64,000 bases of DNA, from the NCBI GenBank assembly GCA_965198175.1, contig OZ240245.1:1120001-1184000 (forward strand), written 5' to 3'. This document shows, one piece after another, positions 42,425 through 52,300 of this stretch. The stretch's first letter is position 1. The number at the start of each line of letters is the position of its first letter. The DNA is from Candidatus Poribacteria bacterium (lineage in GTDB: Bacteria; Poribacteria; WGA-4E; PCPOR2b). The position numbers and the translations under genes are program-made. Under the pieces are notes generated by a model. The model did not search any database and was not told where the DNA came from. It worked only from the letters and a program-made list of their open reading frames with translations.

Positions 42425-42863
42425 GGGAGGTTTCAAAATAGTTGGGTTTCGGAGAAAACTATCGCCCTCCCTATTCAGTCGGTTGATCGCTCAACCCAAC
42501 CTACAAAAACTTGAAGACTATCGCGCTCGCGGTTCGGTCGCTTGATCTATTCGCTCAGTTGATCTCTACCCAACCTACATAGCTTATCCAGTCGTTTGAG
42601 CGCAGACCCCCTCTCGTTCCCCCTTGGCAAGGGGGAGGATATATGAGCATCCTGGCTTGACTCCAAAATCCGACATTTGTCGATTTATTTTGGTTTTATG
42701 TAGGAGGCAAGCGTGTCGCAAAATGATAGAAGCGTTAGGTTTCACAACATTAATGTATTGGATTTATATCGTAGTTGCTAGAAAACTATCGCCAAGATTT
42801 CTATGCAAAACTATCGCAGTCGCTATTCGCTTCTTTGATCACTCACTATTCGTTCGCTTGATC
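42425..42863. repeat. Second cluster of the same REP-like and 35-bp units
   Basis: Units at 42454-42488, 42512-42547 and 42806-42840 plus half units; CCCCCTTGGCAAGGGGG hairpin at about 42619-42635. Confidence 0.75.
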
Positions 42864-43058
42864 GCGCTGAAACCCGTCTGCAATCCAATATCCAACCTTG
42901 TATACAATCGCGGGCAGAATCGCCAATGGTATCATGAATCCCCAATTAGCCTCAGGGTCACTTGCCAGTGACCCATTCAAAATTAAAAAAATGATTGGGA
43001 ATATAAACGTGCAGATAATGGTTATTCTTTTAATACCACTTGGCCGCTTGACTTTCAT
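42846..43058 (-). CDS. Small two-TM membrane protein
   Basis: GGAGG RBS, two hydrophobic stretches, ends WIADGF. Confidence 0.6.
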   Translation of the reverse strand: MKVKRPSGIKRITIICTFIFPIIFLILNGSLASDPEANWGFMIPLAILPAIVYKVGYWIADGFQRDQANE

Positions 43059-43091
43059 TATTAGTTCCTCCAGAGAGAGTTAGAATTTGTT

Positions 43092-44912
43092 CTAATCCTT
43101 TCGATCGACGATGAGCCTTCCCTGTTGGCGATCAAAGGATAGGGTCGTGTACGTTTTTCCGTCGGCGTGCCAGCAGTCTATGCGCCCCTGTTCGCCGGTT
43201 GCGGTGTCCCACTCTTCAAGCAACGCTGCCTCCCATTGTATTTCGACCAGTACCTCAGCCGCTGTCTCCTCACGGTTGAAAAAATAGAAGAGATTAAATT
43301 CCTCCGACTGACGGTGTTGAATCGCGATGCAGTTCGTTAGGGAATTATCGGGTTTGCGGTAAACCCGTATCGCCGGTTTTACCCACTTTTGCAGTAGATG
43401 TTTGAGACCATCCCTTTTTTCGCGCGACGTTTCGCCGGCTACGATGGATGTGCGCCATTGATAAAGCAGGCGTTCGAGCGGGTAGGGATCGACGCCGATT
43501 CTGCCGTTGAGTAGGTACGGCACGGGAGTTAGGGCAATCAGCTTGCCGCGTGCTTTAACAAACTGTGTCAACAACTTCACCGTTCCTTCCTGAAGGGACA
43601 GAGAGGTTGGGAGCAAGATGAGTGGATAAGCCGCTTCTTTAAGATGCAGCGAGCGTTTATCGACCGACGCAGCAATCAATTCCGTTTCGGAGGCAACATC
43701 GAAGTCGTAACCCAGTTCCCAAAGGGTCTGACAGAGCCAGCTCCATTCTTTTTTGATCCAATCCCACGTTTTGCCATCAGGCTTTGTCCAGAGACTGTGA
43801 ATAGGCGATATAGTGAGAATCGATCTTCTGGGAACACCGATAGACAGGAAGCGATTCAGGTGTTCCGCTGTACTTGAGGGTGCAGTAGAGGCATGCGCCG
43901 TCGATATCCATGAATTGAATCCCAACACACTATCATAAGCGAGTTGAACCGAACGGAAACTTTCGGTCGCATCCCGTTCGCAGACGCTGATGTGCCCAGA
44001 GCATTCAGGATGCGGCATGCTAGCGACGCACTTGGTGATTAAGAATCGGTACGGCTGATCCGTCTGTTTGGGGCTGAGAATGGGGCGATCGGCGTGGTTG
44101 AGTAATTCGCCGACATCCGCTTCTAGCGCTCGCGCCTTTGCGGGGATATTAATTGCGAGTTGCAGATTCGACTCGCGGCAAAACTTTTTTAGTCCGCCGA
44201 TACACACCTCTGCAAACCTTTGGGTGAACTTCTCCCAAAAGCGGCTGCGAACTGCCGCTGAGTCGTAAGTTTCGTGAAAAATCAGGGGAAGATATCGGAG
44301 AAACTCCTCTGGGGAGACGGTCTCGGAGCTGCCAATGAGTTCTACGCTCCAAGGAATCGATAGCGGTTCGCATCTGAGTGGGGACAGCACAGTTGGCAGG
44401 TTGCAGCAGAAACCGATAACGGTACTCCCCAGATAATCGGCGTATTCACGAATGTACGGCTGCAAAACCCGGCCTGCGTGCGCACGAACACCATCTTCGG
44501 TCAGGAGATCTTCCGTCTGCACCTCAGTTTGACTGAGTAGAAAGATGGTCCGACCTTTCAGTCTATCGGCGACGGAGAGATCGCCCGCCAGACATTGGGA
44601 TATATGATTCGTTATATCGTAGCACGGAACTTCTGCATTGTCCTGCGCGAGGAGATAGACACGGTTAAAGGCTTGAGTAGGGCTGAAGCACTGCCGCAGT
44701 TGACTCTGGATAGCCTCAGGAGGGTCTGCTTGGGAAAAGGTATGGTCGCGAAAGGTTAACTGGAAGCGTGTGCGGTCTGCCAGCGCATTGACCAAAATCC
44801 ATGCGTGTTTGCCACTACGGCGCAAACGCTTGAGCGCACCCCGATGGTCATGAATATCCTTCCCTTTTACGGAAGGACTCCATGTAAGTAATACTTCTCC
44901 CGCAGCATTCAA
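43092..44912 (-). CDS. Degenerate glycoside-hydrolase-like protein with class I GATase-like (beta-galactosidase trimerisation) domain
   Basis: LGYDFDVASE, YPLILLP, FVKARGKLI, LFYFFN, LEEWDTATGE; expected FTDEP-like site reads FCCNLP. Confidence 0.55.
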   Translation of the reverse strand: MNAAGEVLLTWSPSVKGKDIHDHRGALKRLRRSGKHAWILVNALADRTRFQLTFRDHTFSQADPPEAIQSQLRQCFSPTQAFNRVYLLAQDNAEVPCYDITNHISQCLAGDLSVADRLKGRTIFLLSQTEVQTEDLLTEDGVRAHAGRVLQPYIREYADYLGSTVIGFCCNLPTVLSPLRCEPLSIPWSVELIGSSETVSPEEFLRYLPLIFHETYDSAAVRSRFWEKFTQRFAEVCIGGLKKFCRESNLQLAINIPAKARALEADVGELLNHADRPILSPKQTDQPYRFLITKCVASMPHPECSGHISVCERDATESFRSVQLAYDSVLGFNSWISTAHASTAPSSTAEHLNRFLSIGVPRRSILTISPIHSLWTKPDGKTWDWIKKEWSWLCQTLWELGYDFDVASETELIAASVDKRSLHLKEAAYPLILLPTSLSLQEGTVKLLTQFVKARGKLIALTPVPYLLNGRIGVDPYPLERLLYQWRTSIVAGETSREKRDGLKHLLQKWVKPAIRVYRKPDNSLTNCIAIQHRQSEEFNLFYFFNREETAAEVLVEIQWEAALLEEWDTATGEQGRIDCWHADGKTYTTLSFDRQQGRLIVDRKD

Positions 44913-44930
44913 TACAAGTCCTTGATTTCT

Positions 44931-46259
44931 TTAGCGCAGCTCATAGGTGGAATGCGCTGCAAGCTGATCTAAAGCCTTCATGTGGCGGTGTGGAAGTCTC
45001 GCCTTGACCTGGATGCCGTTACCGCCATACTCCGCCTCGAAAACCTCGCCGTGTTTATACAGGTAGTCCAACGCCTTGCCATCACGGTAGGAAAGGATGA
45101 GCGACATATCAATGTCCTGCGTTGAGAAGCGTTCAGCAAGTTTGGTCTTCAGTTGTTCCAACCCAGCCCCCGTCCGCGCCGAGATTTCGAGGCAGTCGGG
45201 ATATTTGATACGGATGAGTTGGGATTGTTCTTCATTTTCAGACAGATCCATTTTATTAAGTAGAATAACCGTAGCGATGTCATAAGCGTTTAACGATTTG
45301 AGTACGCTATTCACGGCTTCGATTTGAGCCTCCGCTTGGGGGTGACTTCCATCAACCACATGAAGAAGCAAGTCTGCCTCTGCAACCTCCTCTAGTGTGG
45401 CTTTGAATGCAGCGACCAGATGATGCGGAAGTTTTTTGATAAAGCCGACGGTATCTGTCAACAGGATTTGCCGGTTATCGGGCAAATCAACGATGCGGGT
45501 GGTTGGATCGAGCGTCGCGAATAACTTATTTTCGGCGAGCCGGTTTTCACCGGTTAGCGCGTTGAAAAGCGTTGACTTGCCGGCATTGGTATAACCCACG
45601 AGCGATACTTTAATCATCTCCTTACGGCTGCTTCGCTGAACGCGGCGTTGCTTTTCAACCGCCTCCAAGGCTTTCTTGAGGCGCAATATTTGTGCACGGA
45701 TCAGATTTCGGTCAATTTGTAGTTGCGTTTCACCTGGACCGCGAACGGCGCCACCTGTACGCCCTGCGCCGACTGCCGTACTTCCGCCCCCGCCAGTCGC
45801 TAAGCGGGAGAGATGGGTCCACAGCCGAGTCAAACGCGGCAGGGCATATTGCAACTGGGCTAACTCCACCTGTAGCTTTGCTTCCTTCGACTGCGCCCGT
45901 TGCACAAAGATTTTCAAAATTAGACTGGTCCGGTCGATGGCAACTGTGTCCAGAGTCTTTTCAATGTTGCGTGTTTGCGCCGGTGTGAGTTCATTATCGA
46001 AGACGACTGCATCCACACCCGCTTCACTGATTAAAGCCCCCAGTTCCGCTATTTTTCCTTTCCCGATAAAATGAGCGGGATCCGGTGTTTCTCTGGGTTG
46101 TACGATTGTGTAAATGACCTCTAGTCCTGCGGTCTCCGCGAGTTGCCCCAACTCTTCAAGCGAATCCTCTACATCGCTTTTGAGTTGCGCTTTTAATTTC
46201 ACCCCAATAAGTACAACGCGTTCGGGCGAAGGTATCATCGGATAGAGTGCTTCGGGCAT
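44931..46259 (-). CDS. hflX: GTPase HflX
   Basis: DRTSLILKIF, RGPGETQL, VGYTNAGKS, LFATLD, DTVGFI, NKMD; AAGGAG RBS before ATG 46259. Confidence 0.95.
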   Translation of the reverse strand: MPEALYPMIPSPERVVLIGVKLKAQLKSDVEDSLEELGQLAETAGLEVIYTIVQPRETPDPAHFIGKGKIAELGALISEAGVDAVVFDNELTPAQTRNIEKTLDTVAIDRTSLILKIFVQRAQSKEAKLQVELAQLQYALPRLTRLWTHLSRLATGGGGSTAVGAGRTGGAVRGPGETQLQIDRNLIRAQILRLKKALEAVEKQRRVQRSSRKEMIKVSLVGYTNAGKSTLFNALTGENRLAENKLFATLDPTTRIVDLPDNRQILLTDTVGFIKKLPHHLVAAFKATLEEVAEADLLLHVVDGSHPQAEAQIEAVNSVLKSLNAYDIATVILLNKMDLSENEEQSQLIRIKYPDCLEISARTGAGLEQLKTKLAERFSTQDIDMSLILSYRDGKALDYLYKHGEVFEAEYGGNGIQVKARLPHRHMKALDQLAAHSTYELR

Positions 46260-46324
46260 AGACTCTCCTTTCGACTGTGAAACTGACACTTTGCAATGTC
46301 AACCCAACCTTATATTATGACGAA

Positions 46325-46427
46325 AGTGTAACCAAACACAGGGATTCGTGTCAACAGAATAAATCCCCAGTAAGCGTCATGAGTGGAACAAATGTACGTT
46401 GACGAAGCATGAAGAATCACCTATAAT
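46325..46427. promoter_or_regulatory. Divergent sigma70-like promoters for hflX (-) and the SWIM gene (+)
   Basis: Minus strand TTGACA-18-TACACT (46354-46325); plus strand TTGACG-17-TATAAT (46399-46427). Confidence 0.6.
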
Positions 46428-46491
46428 TTGCAATTATAGGTGACGAATTATTCTGATAGCTTTTACATTGGAAAAAGATGCGGGTGTATGA

Positions 46492-46941
46492 ATGAAGCTA
46501 GAAGGAATTACAGAGGATGACATTTACGCCCTCGTTGGTCATACTCTAGCAGGGCGTGGATATGACTACTACGAAGCGGGAATGGTGACGAACCTAAAGG
46601 TTCGCGGAACTACCATTGATGCCGAAGTGGCTGGCAGGTCATGTCCGAGCTACACTGTCAAGGTTTGGTGTGATGATAATGGAATTGATGGGAACTGCAC
46701 CTGCCCATATTCACAAGGGTTTGATGTCTGTAAGCATGTCGCCGCTGTCTTATTTGAATGGATTTACGAAAGGGTTGACGAGACACCCGACTCATCCATC
46801 AGCGAGGCGCAACTTCGTCAAGCGGTGGAAAACCTATCTAAATCGGAGCTCGCCGAGTTGCTGATGGAGCTCGTGAAGGACAATGGTGCGCTTTATCAGA
46901 AGTTGAGGGTTTTGGTAGAGAAAATCGGAGCCGGGAGGTGA
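46492..46941 (+). CDS. SWIM zinc finger protein
   Basis: RGYDYY, CTCPY...CKHVAAVL. Confidence 0.85.
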   Translation: MKLEGITEDDIYALVGHTLAGRGYDYYEAGMVTNLKVRGTTIDAEVAGRSCPSYTVKVWCDDNGIDGNCTCPYSQGFDVCKHVAAVLFEWIYERVDETPDSSISEAQLRQAVENLSKSELAELLMELVKDNGALYQKLRVLVEKIGAGR

Positions 46942-46947
46942 AACTTG

Positions 46948-49155
46948 ATGGAAAGGACGATTGTGGGGCACATCTTTATTCCGCTTTTACTAGGCTTCAC
47001 GCTACTGTCGTGCCAATCACAGGACACGCGGGATGCAACTCCAGCATCGCAATCCGAGGATTCGCGTCAACCGGTGGAAATCGTATCGCCAACGCGGTCC
47101 GAAGATTGGCCGATGTTCATGTGCGATCTGAATTTCTCCGGTAGAAGTCCGGATCAGAACCTTAAGCCTCCGCTCAAGCTGCGCTGGAAATTTAAGACCG
47201 GGGGACCTATTGTTGGAAGTCCTGCAGTCGCACACGGAACTGTCTACGTTGGGTCAAATGACCACAAACTGTATGCGCTCGATGCGAAAAATTGGGGGAT
47301 TCGATGGACCTTCCAAACTGGCGGCGCCATCCGACACACACCAACAGTTTGGAATCGCCGCGTCTACGTTAACGCACGAGACAACCGGGTGTATGCTTTT
47401 GATGCGGAAACAGGCAAACAGATCTGGCAGTACCAATCCGAGAACTGGATGGATTCCCCGCCGATTGCTTCAGGCGGAAGAATCTACGTCGGTATGTTTC
47501 CGAACAAGATTCTCATCATCAATGCGACTACGGGGACATTGCTAGACCAAGTCCGAGGGCGCGTGAGGGTGAATGGTATTGAATATGGCTGCAGCCGAGG
47601 GCAACTGCGCCCAACTAGTCCCCAGCATCGCGCCGATCTATGGCGCAGTTACACCCCTGGTACGAGTAGCTATCCGGTCATCGCTAATCAGTTTGTCTAC
47701 ATCGGCGGGCGTGATAATAAGATTCATGCATTTGACATTAAATCACAAGTGGAGATTTGGTCTTACGAAGCAGAGGGTTATATTGATGCGGCGCCTGCAA
47801 TCGCGGACGGAATGCTGTATATCACATCACACGATGGATTTGTGTATGCCTTTGAGAATCAGGTCTCGCCTCAGGTTCAATCGGACAAACGTCCAATCGG
47901 AATCGTCGTTCACGATGAGGCACCGGTTTATGTCAGCAGGGACAGAGGATTTACCGGCGAGTCGAGTTCGGAAAAAACGCCAGACCTACTACTGTTACTT
48001 AACGATGGCGTCGAGCTACCAATCGTTAGTCAGTCGGAGGATTGGTATCAGGTTGAACTTCCAAACGGGGAAATCGGCTGGATGGATGGGTTTGGAATCG
48101 GCGTGTTTGAAGAAATTGAGGGGATTCGGTTCAATAAGGCGGTCTGTTCAAATGTCCGGACATTGAATCTGATTGCGGGGGCGGAAGCGCCTCACTGGTC
48201 GCCCAACGGCAAACTGATTGCGTTTTTGAAGCGGACGAATCTCACTGGACAATACTGGAAAGCGAGCGAACTCTGGCTCACGGATAGCTACGCGAGGCAG
48301 TTCCAAAGGCTGTGCGCAGGAAATTTCTACAATCCGAATCTGTCATGGTCGCTTGACAGCAACTTAATCACCTTTGAAGCTTATGAGGGTAAGGACAGCT
48401 ATGTATGGATTATTAATCGACAGAATCCTCGTTTAATCAAGCTCGTTCCCGGCGATGCGCCGGCGTGGTCGCCTACTGTGAATCAGATTGCGTTCCGACG
48501 TTGGGAAGAAGGGGTTGATGTCCTTTATCGAATTAATAGCGATAAATCCCATCTGACGCCGATAGCACGGATTCCGATTGAGGGTCGGATTGGCGCCTTT
48601 AGCTATCTAGACCCGCCTTCGTGGTCACCTGGCGGCGATCGAATTGCGATTGGGCTGGATTACCAGCACTATGCCTCCGGACACGCCAGAGTTCGCGTCC
48701 ACGATATTTATGGCACAAAATTAAATGAGATTTCAACGTCCTCCCAGCGAGTTAAGCAGATTAAGTGGTCGGCTGACGGCGCTAACCTTGCCTACGTGCT
48801 TTCAGGAAATCCTGTGTCGGATGCGCTACTTAGTAAGCAACTCCACATCGTTTCTTCGGAGGCAGCGAATGAGACAAGAATTCTCAAACACACTTCTCCT
48901 TCATGGTCGCCTCAAGGCAATCGGCTCGCTTACTTGGAACGTGAGGATTGTATGGGGATACGGTGGAAGGTGTGGGTGCTAGACGTGGAAACGAACCGCG
49001 CATTACCGATTGCACGTACAACAATCGATTTGGTTAATCTGACATGGCTGCCCGATGGAAAGCGGTTGTGTTTGTGGCACACATCTAAATATCTACGCGA
49101 TGGAGAGTACAAACCTGCCAATACAGAAGGTTGGGTCGTAAAGGTGACTTGGTGA
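46948..49155 (+). CDS. Lipoprotein with PQQ-like beta-propeller, SH3b and TolB/PD40 repeats
   Basis: Lipobox LLSC, WPMF, SPAVAHGTVYVGS repeats, WYQVELPNGEIGWM, PxWSPxG repeats. Confidence 0.82.
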   Translation: MERTIVGHIFIPLLLGFTLLSCQSQDTRDATPASQSEDSRQPVEIVSPTRSEDWPMFMCDLNFSGRSPDQNLKPPLKLRWKFKTGGPIVGSPAVAHGTVYVGSNDHKLYALDAKNWGIRWTFQTGGAIRHTPTVWNRRVYVNARDNRVYAFDAETGKQIWQYQSENWMDSPPIASGGRIYVGMFPNKILIINATTGTLLDQVRGRVRVNGIEYGCSRGQLRPTSPQHRADLWRSYTPGTSSYPVIANQFVYIGGRDNKIHAFDIKSQVEIWSYEAEGYIDAAPAIADGMLYITSHDGFVYAFENQVSPQVQSDKRPIGIVVHDEAPVYVSRDRGFTGESSSEKTPDLLLLLNDGVELPIVSQSEDWYQVELPNGEIGWMDGFGIGVFEEIEGIRFNKAVCSNVRTLNLIAGAEAPHWSPNGKLIAFLKRTNLTGQYWKASELWLTDSYARQFQRLCAGNFYNPNLSWSLDSNLITFEAYEGKDSYVWIINRQNPRLIKLVPGDAPAWSPTVNQIAFRRWEEGVDVLYRINSDKSHLTPIARIPIEGRIGAFSYLDPPSWSPGGDRIAIGLDYQHYASGHARVRVHDIYGTKLNEISTSSQRVKQIKWSADGANLAYVLSGNPVSDALLSKQLHIVSSEAANETRILKHTSPSWSPQGNRLAYLEREDCMGIRWKVWVLDVETNRALPIARTTIDLVNLTWLPDGKRLCLWHTSKYLRDGEYKPANTEGWVVKVTW

Positions 49156-49361
49156 GCTAACGGGGGACGGATTGGTGGGTGGAGATTGTCATCATTGATT
49201 ATTCGATTGCATCAGTCTAGGCATCAAAAACAGAAGCTATCATGTTAAAAGATGTCGTCCAACGTCATTCCGATGCTCTTCATTGCCGAAGCTACGATAA
49301 ACAGAGATATTCGTACTTTGCACAACACGCTGAAATCGAACCGGCATCTGGTCATTTGATA

Positions 49362-52300
49362 CTATTTAAGAATCAGCATCTTCCGTGTGGCGGAAACGTC
49401 TCCCGCCTGCAACTGGTAGAAATAGACCCCGCTTGAGATCAATTCTCCATTCTCGTTGCGGCATCCCAGTACGCTGCCTTGGTCCGATTCGTATAATAGC
49501 CCGCCACCTGATGCCCTAAATCCAAGTGGCGCACCAACACGCCTCTTGTGTCATAAATCGCGAGTAGCACCTCTGCGTCGCTTGCAAGGTGATACGGAAT
49601 CCATGTTTCTGGGTTGAAGGGATTCGGGTAGTTTGGCAACAGTTGTGTTTTCGTGGGTATCTCTTGGACAATTAGTGCCGACAACTGAATCCGGTGCCGC
49701 TTGACATCTTCAGCCGTAACAGTATGTCGGAACGGCTCCACACTGATAGAGGCATCGGGAGATATGGCGGAGATTTCAAAGATATCACCAATTGCTGCTG
49801 CACGCCCACCTTCGATGTCAACAACGGTAAGTTCGTAGGCAGTCTGCGATGAAGTGCCACCTGTATCTCCTCCCATTAGGGTGGTAACTGCGCTACCGGT
49901 TGAGAGGTTGTTGACGATAACACGCAAATTATTTCTGTTGACGCCTCTCACACCGTCAACAATCGAACCGCTTAACGCTAATATAGGGGTAGTGCCAGCC
50001 GCATTCATGTCCCCTTTCGCTAGCGGTGGCGCAGTCATTGTGCCAGAGGAGGTGTTATTCCACCCATCTCCGGATATAGTCACTGTCGCATCCTCTAAAA
50101 CGTCAATGATAAAGGCTTGCCCGCCCGTGACCGAGATGTCCCCGTCATCTTCGGCTTTTTCGACTGACTTGAACCTTCCGTTATCGGAAACAGTGACCGC
50201 AGGGGCGTTGTCCACAAACCCCTCAAGCGTGAGTAGGTCGCTAACACGAGTTATCCTTGAATCGTTCAGCGGCAATCCTACTAGGTTCTTGCCTTGGATT
50301 AAGCGGATGCTGCTCATTCCGTCCGAACCGAGTTCGTCACCTCCGATACGAACCGTTACCGGCATTTTTAAGGTAGCAACGATTCCTAGGTCATCCGTCA
50401 AAACTCTGTCCGCGGCACCACCGCTGCTCTCATCCCCGAGGTAGCTGTTCCACTGATGGGTATCCCGGTTATAGGTAATAAGGAGATTGACAGTATCCGC
50501 ACCGCCGAGCGCGTCGTACAAGTCAGCAATTGATTCGATAGTCCTCGCCGCCCCGTCAACTGTCCTCACCTTTAGCGGAACATGAATCAAGCTGGTACCT
50601 GATGGCACGGTTAGGTCAAATTGGAGAAGTTCGGCGACAGCGTTAAAGGTCACAGTTTCGGTGATTCCTTCGACGCTTGCCGTGACCGTGTTTGTGCCGG
50701 GTTCGTTACCAAGTGTCAGGGTAGTTTGTGCTAATCCGTCGGCATCCGTGTCTACGCTTGTATGACTCAGCGAACCTCCGCCTGCACTGACAGAAAAGGT
50801 TACAGTCACTCCTTCCAACAGGTCGTCATTCTGATCGCGGACTTCAACAACGAAGGAATTAGTCAACGCTTTGCCGGGCAAACCGGTCTGATAATCGTCT
50901 AATAGAATCGCTAAAGCCGTCGGCATCGGCGATGGCTGTTGTTGCTGTTGTTCTGAGATTTCAGTTTCCACGACTTCGATCGTCGTGCTCACGGAGCCTA
51001 TCCCGACTGACGCTGTGACTGTGTAGGTGCCGGAGGAACCGCTCCCCGTCCTCAACGTCGTACTTGCCCGTCCGTTGCTATCAGTTGTGGCACTTGTGGT
51101 GCTCAGCGACGCGTTGCCATCGCCTGACGTAATACTAAACGTCACAGTTTTTCCTGACGCGGCACTCCCATCCTCTTGAACTTCAACAGTAAACGTCAAT
51201 GTATCACCGGGATCGCCAGACCCCGGTCCACTTACCTCACTTATGGACAATTCCGGTGGCGGCGGGGGATTAACCGTTGCAGTTAAACTCTGAGATCGAC
51301 CATCGTTGATCGTTGCTGTGACTGTGTAGGATCCGGAGGAACCGCTTCCAGTTCGTAGCATAGTCTGTGCTCGTCCGTTGCTATCAGTTGTGGTGCTTGT
51401 GGTACTCAGCGACACAGTTCCATCGTTGGGACTCACACTAAACGTCACTGCTAGCCCTACCACGGGTGGTGATTCGAAGATGGGACCAGTTAATCTCTCA
51501 ACGGCTGCAAAACCGATCGTGAACTCGTCGCCGGGTTTTCCGGACAAATTATCTGAAAACGTAAATATGATTGGCGCTGACGGCGGGGGATTAACCGTTG
51601 CAGTACCGCTGGTAGATATGCTGCCAACCGTCGCAGTGATTGTGTATGAACCGGAGGCACTGTTTCCAAGTATCACTGTAGTGGAAGCACGTCCATCACT
51701 CCCAGTTGTTGTGCTTGTAGTGCCCAGTGACGCGTTGCCATCGCCCGATATAATGCTAAACGTCACAGTTTTCCCTGACGCGGCGCTCCCGTCCTCCTGA
51801 ACCTGAACTGAAAACGTCAACGAATCACCGGGATCGCCAGATCCGGGACCGCTTACCACACTTATCGATATTTCTGGCGGTGGTGGTGGGGTGTTAACCG
51901 TTGCAGTACCAGTCGTAGATTCACTGCCAACTGTCGCTGTGATTGTGTATGAACCGGACGCACTGTTCCCAAGTGTTAGAGTGATAGATGCCTGCCCGTT
52001 GCTACCGGTTGTCGCGCTTGCGGGATTCAGTGACGCGTTGCCATCGCCTGACGTAATACTAAACGTCACAGTTTTTCCTGACGCGGCACTCCCATCCTCT
52101 TGAACTTCAACAGTAAACGTCAATGTATCACCGGGATCGCCAGACCCCGGTCCACTTACCTCACTTATGGACAATTCCGGTGGCGGCGGGGGATTAACCG
52201 TTGCAGTTAAACTCTGAGATCGACCATCGTTGATCGTTGCTGTGACTGTGTAGGATCCGGAGGAACCGCTTCCAGTTCGTAGCATAGTCTGTGCTCGTCC

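Noticed and set aside
41083..42863. Possible CRISPR array from recurring ~35-bp repeats
   Set aside because: Copies are degenerate, irregularly spaced, in both orientations, without uniform spacers, and no cas genes are present.
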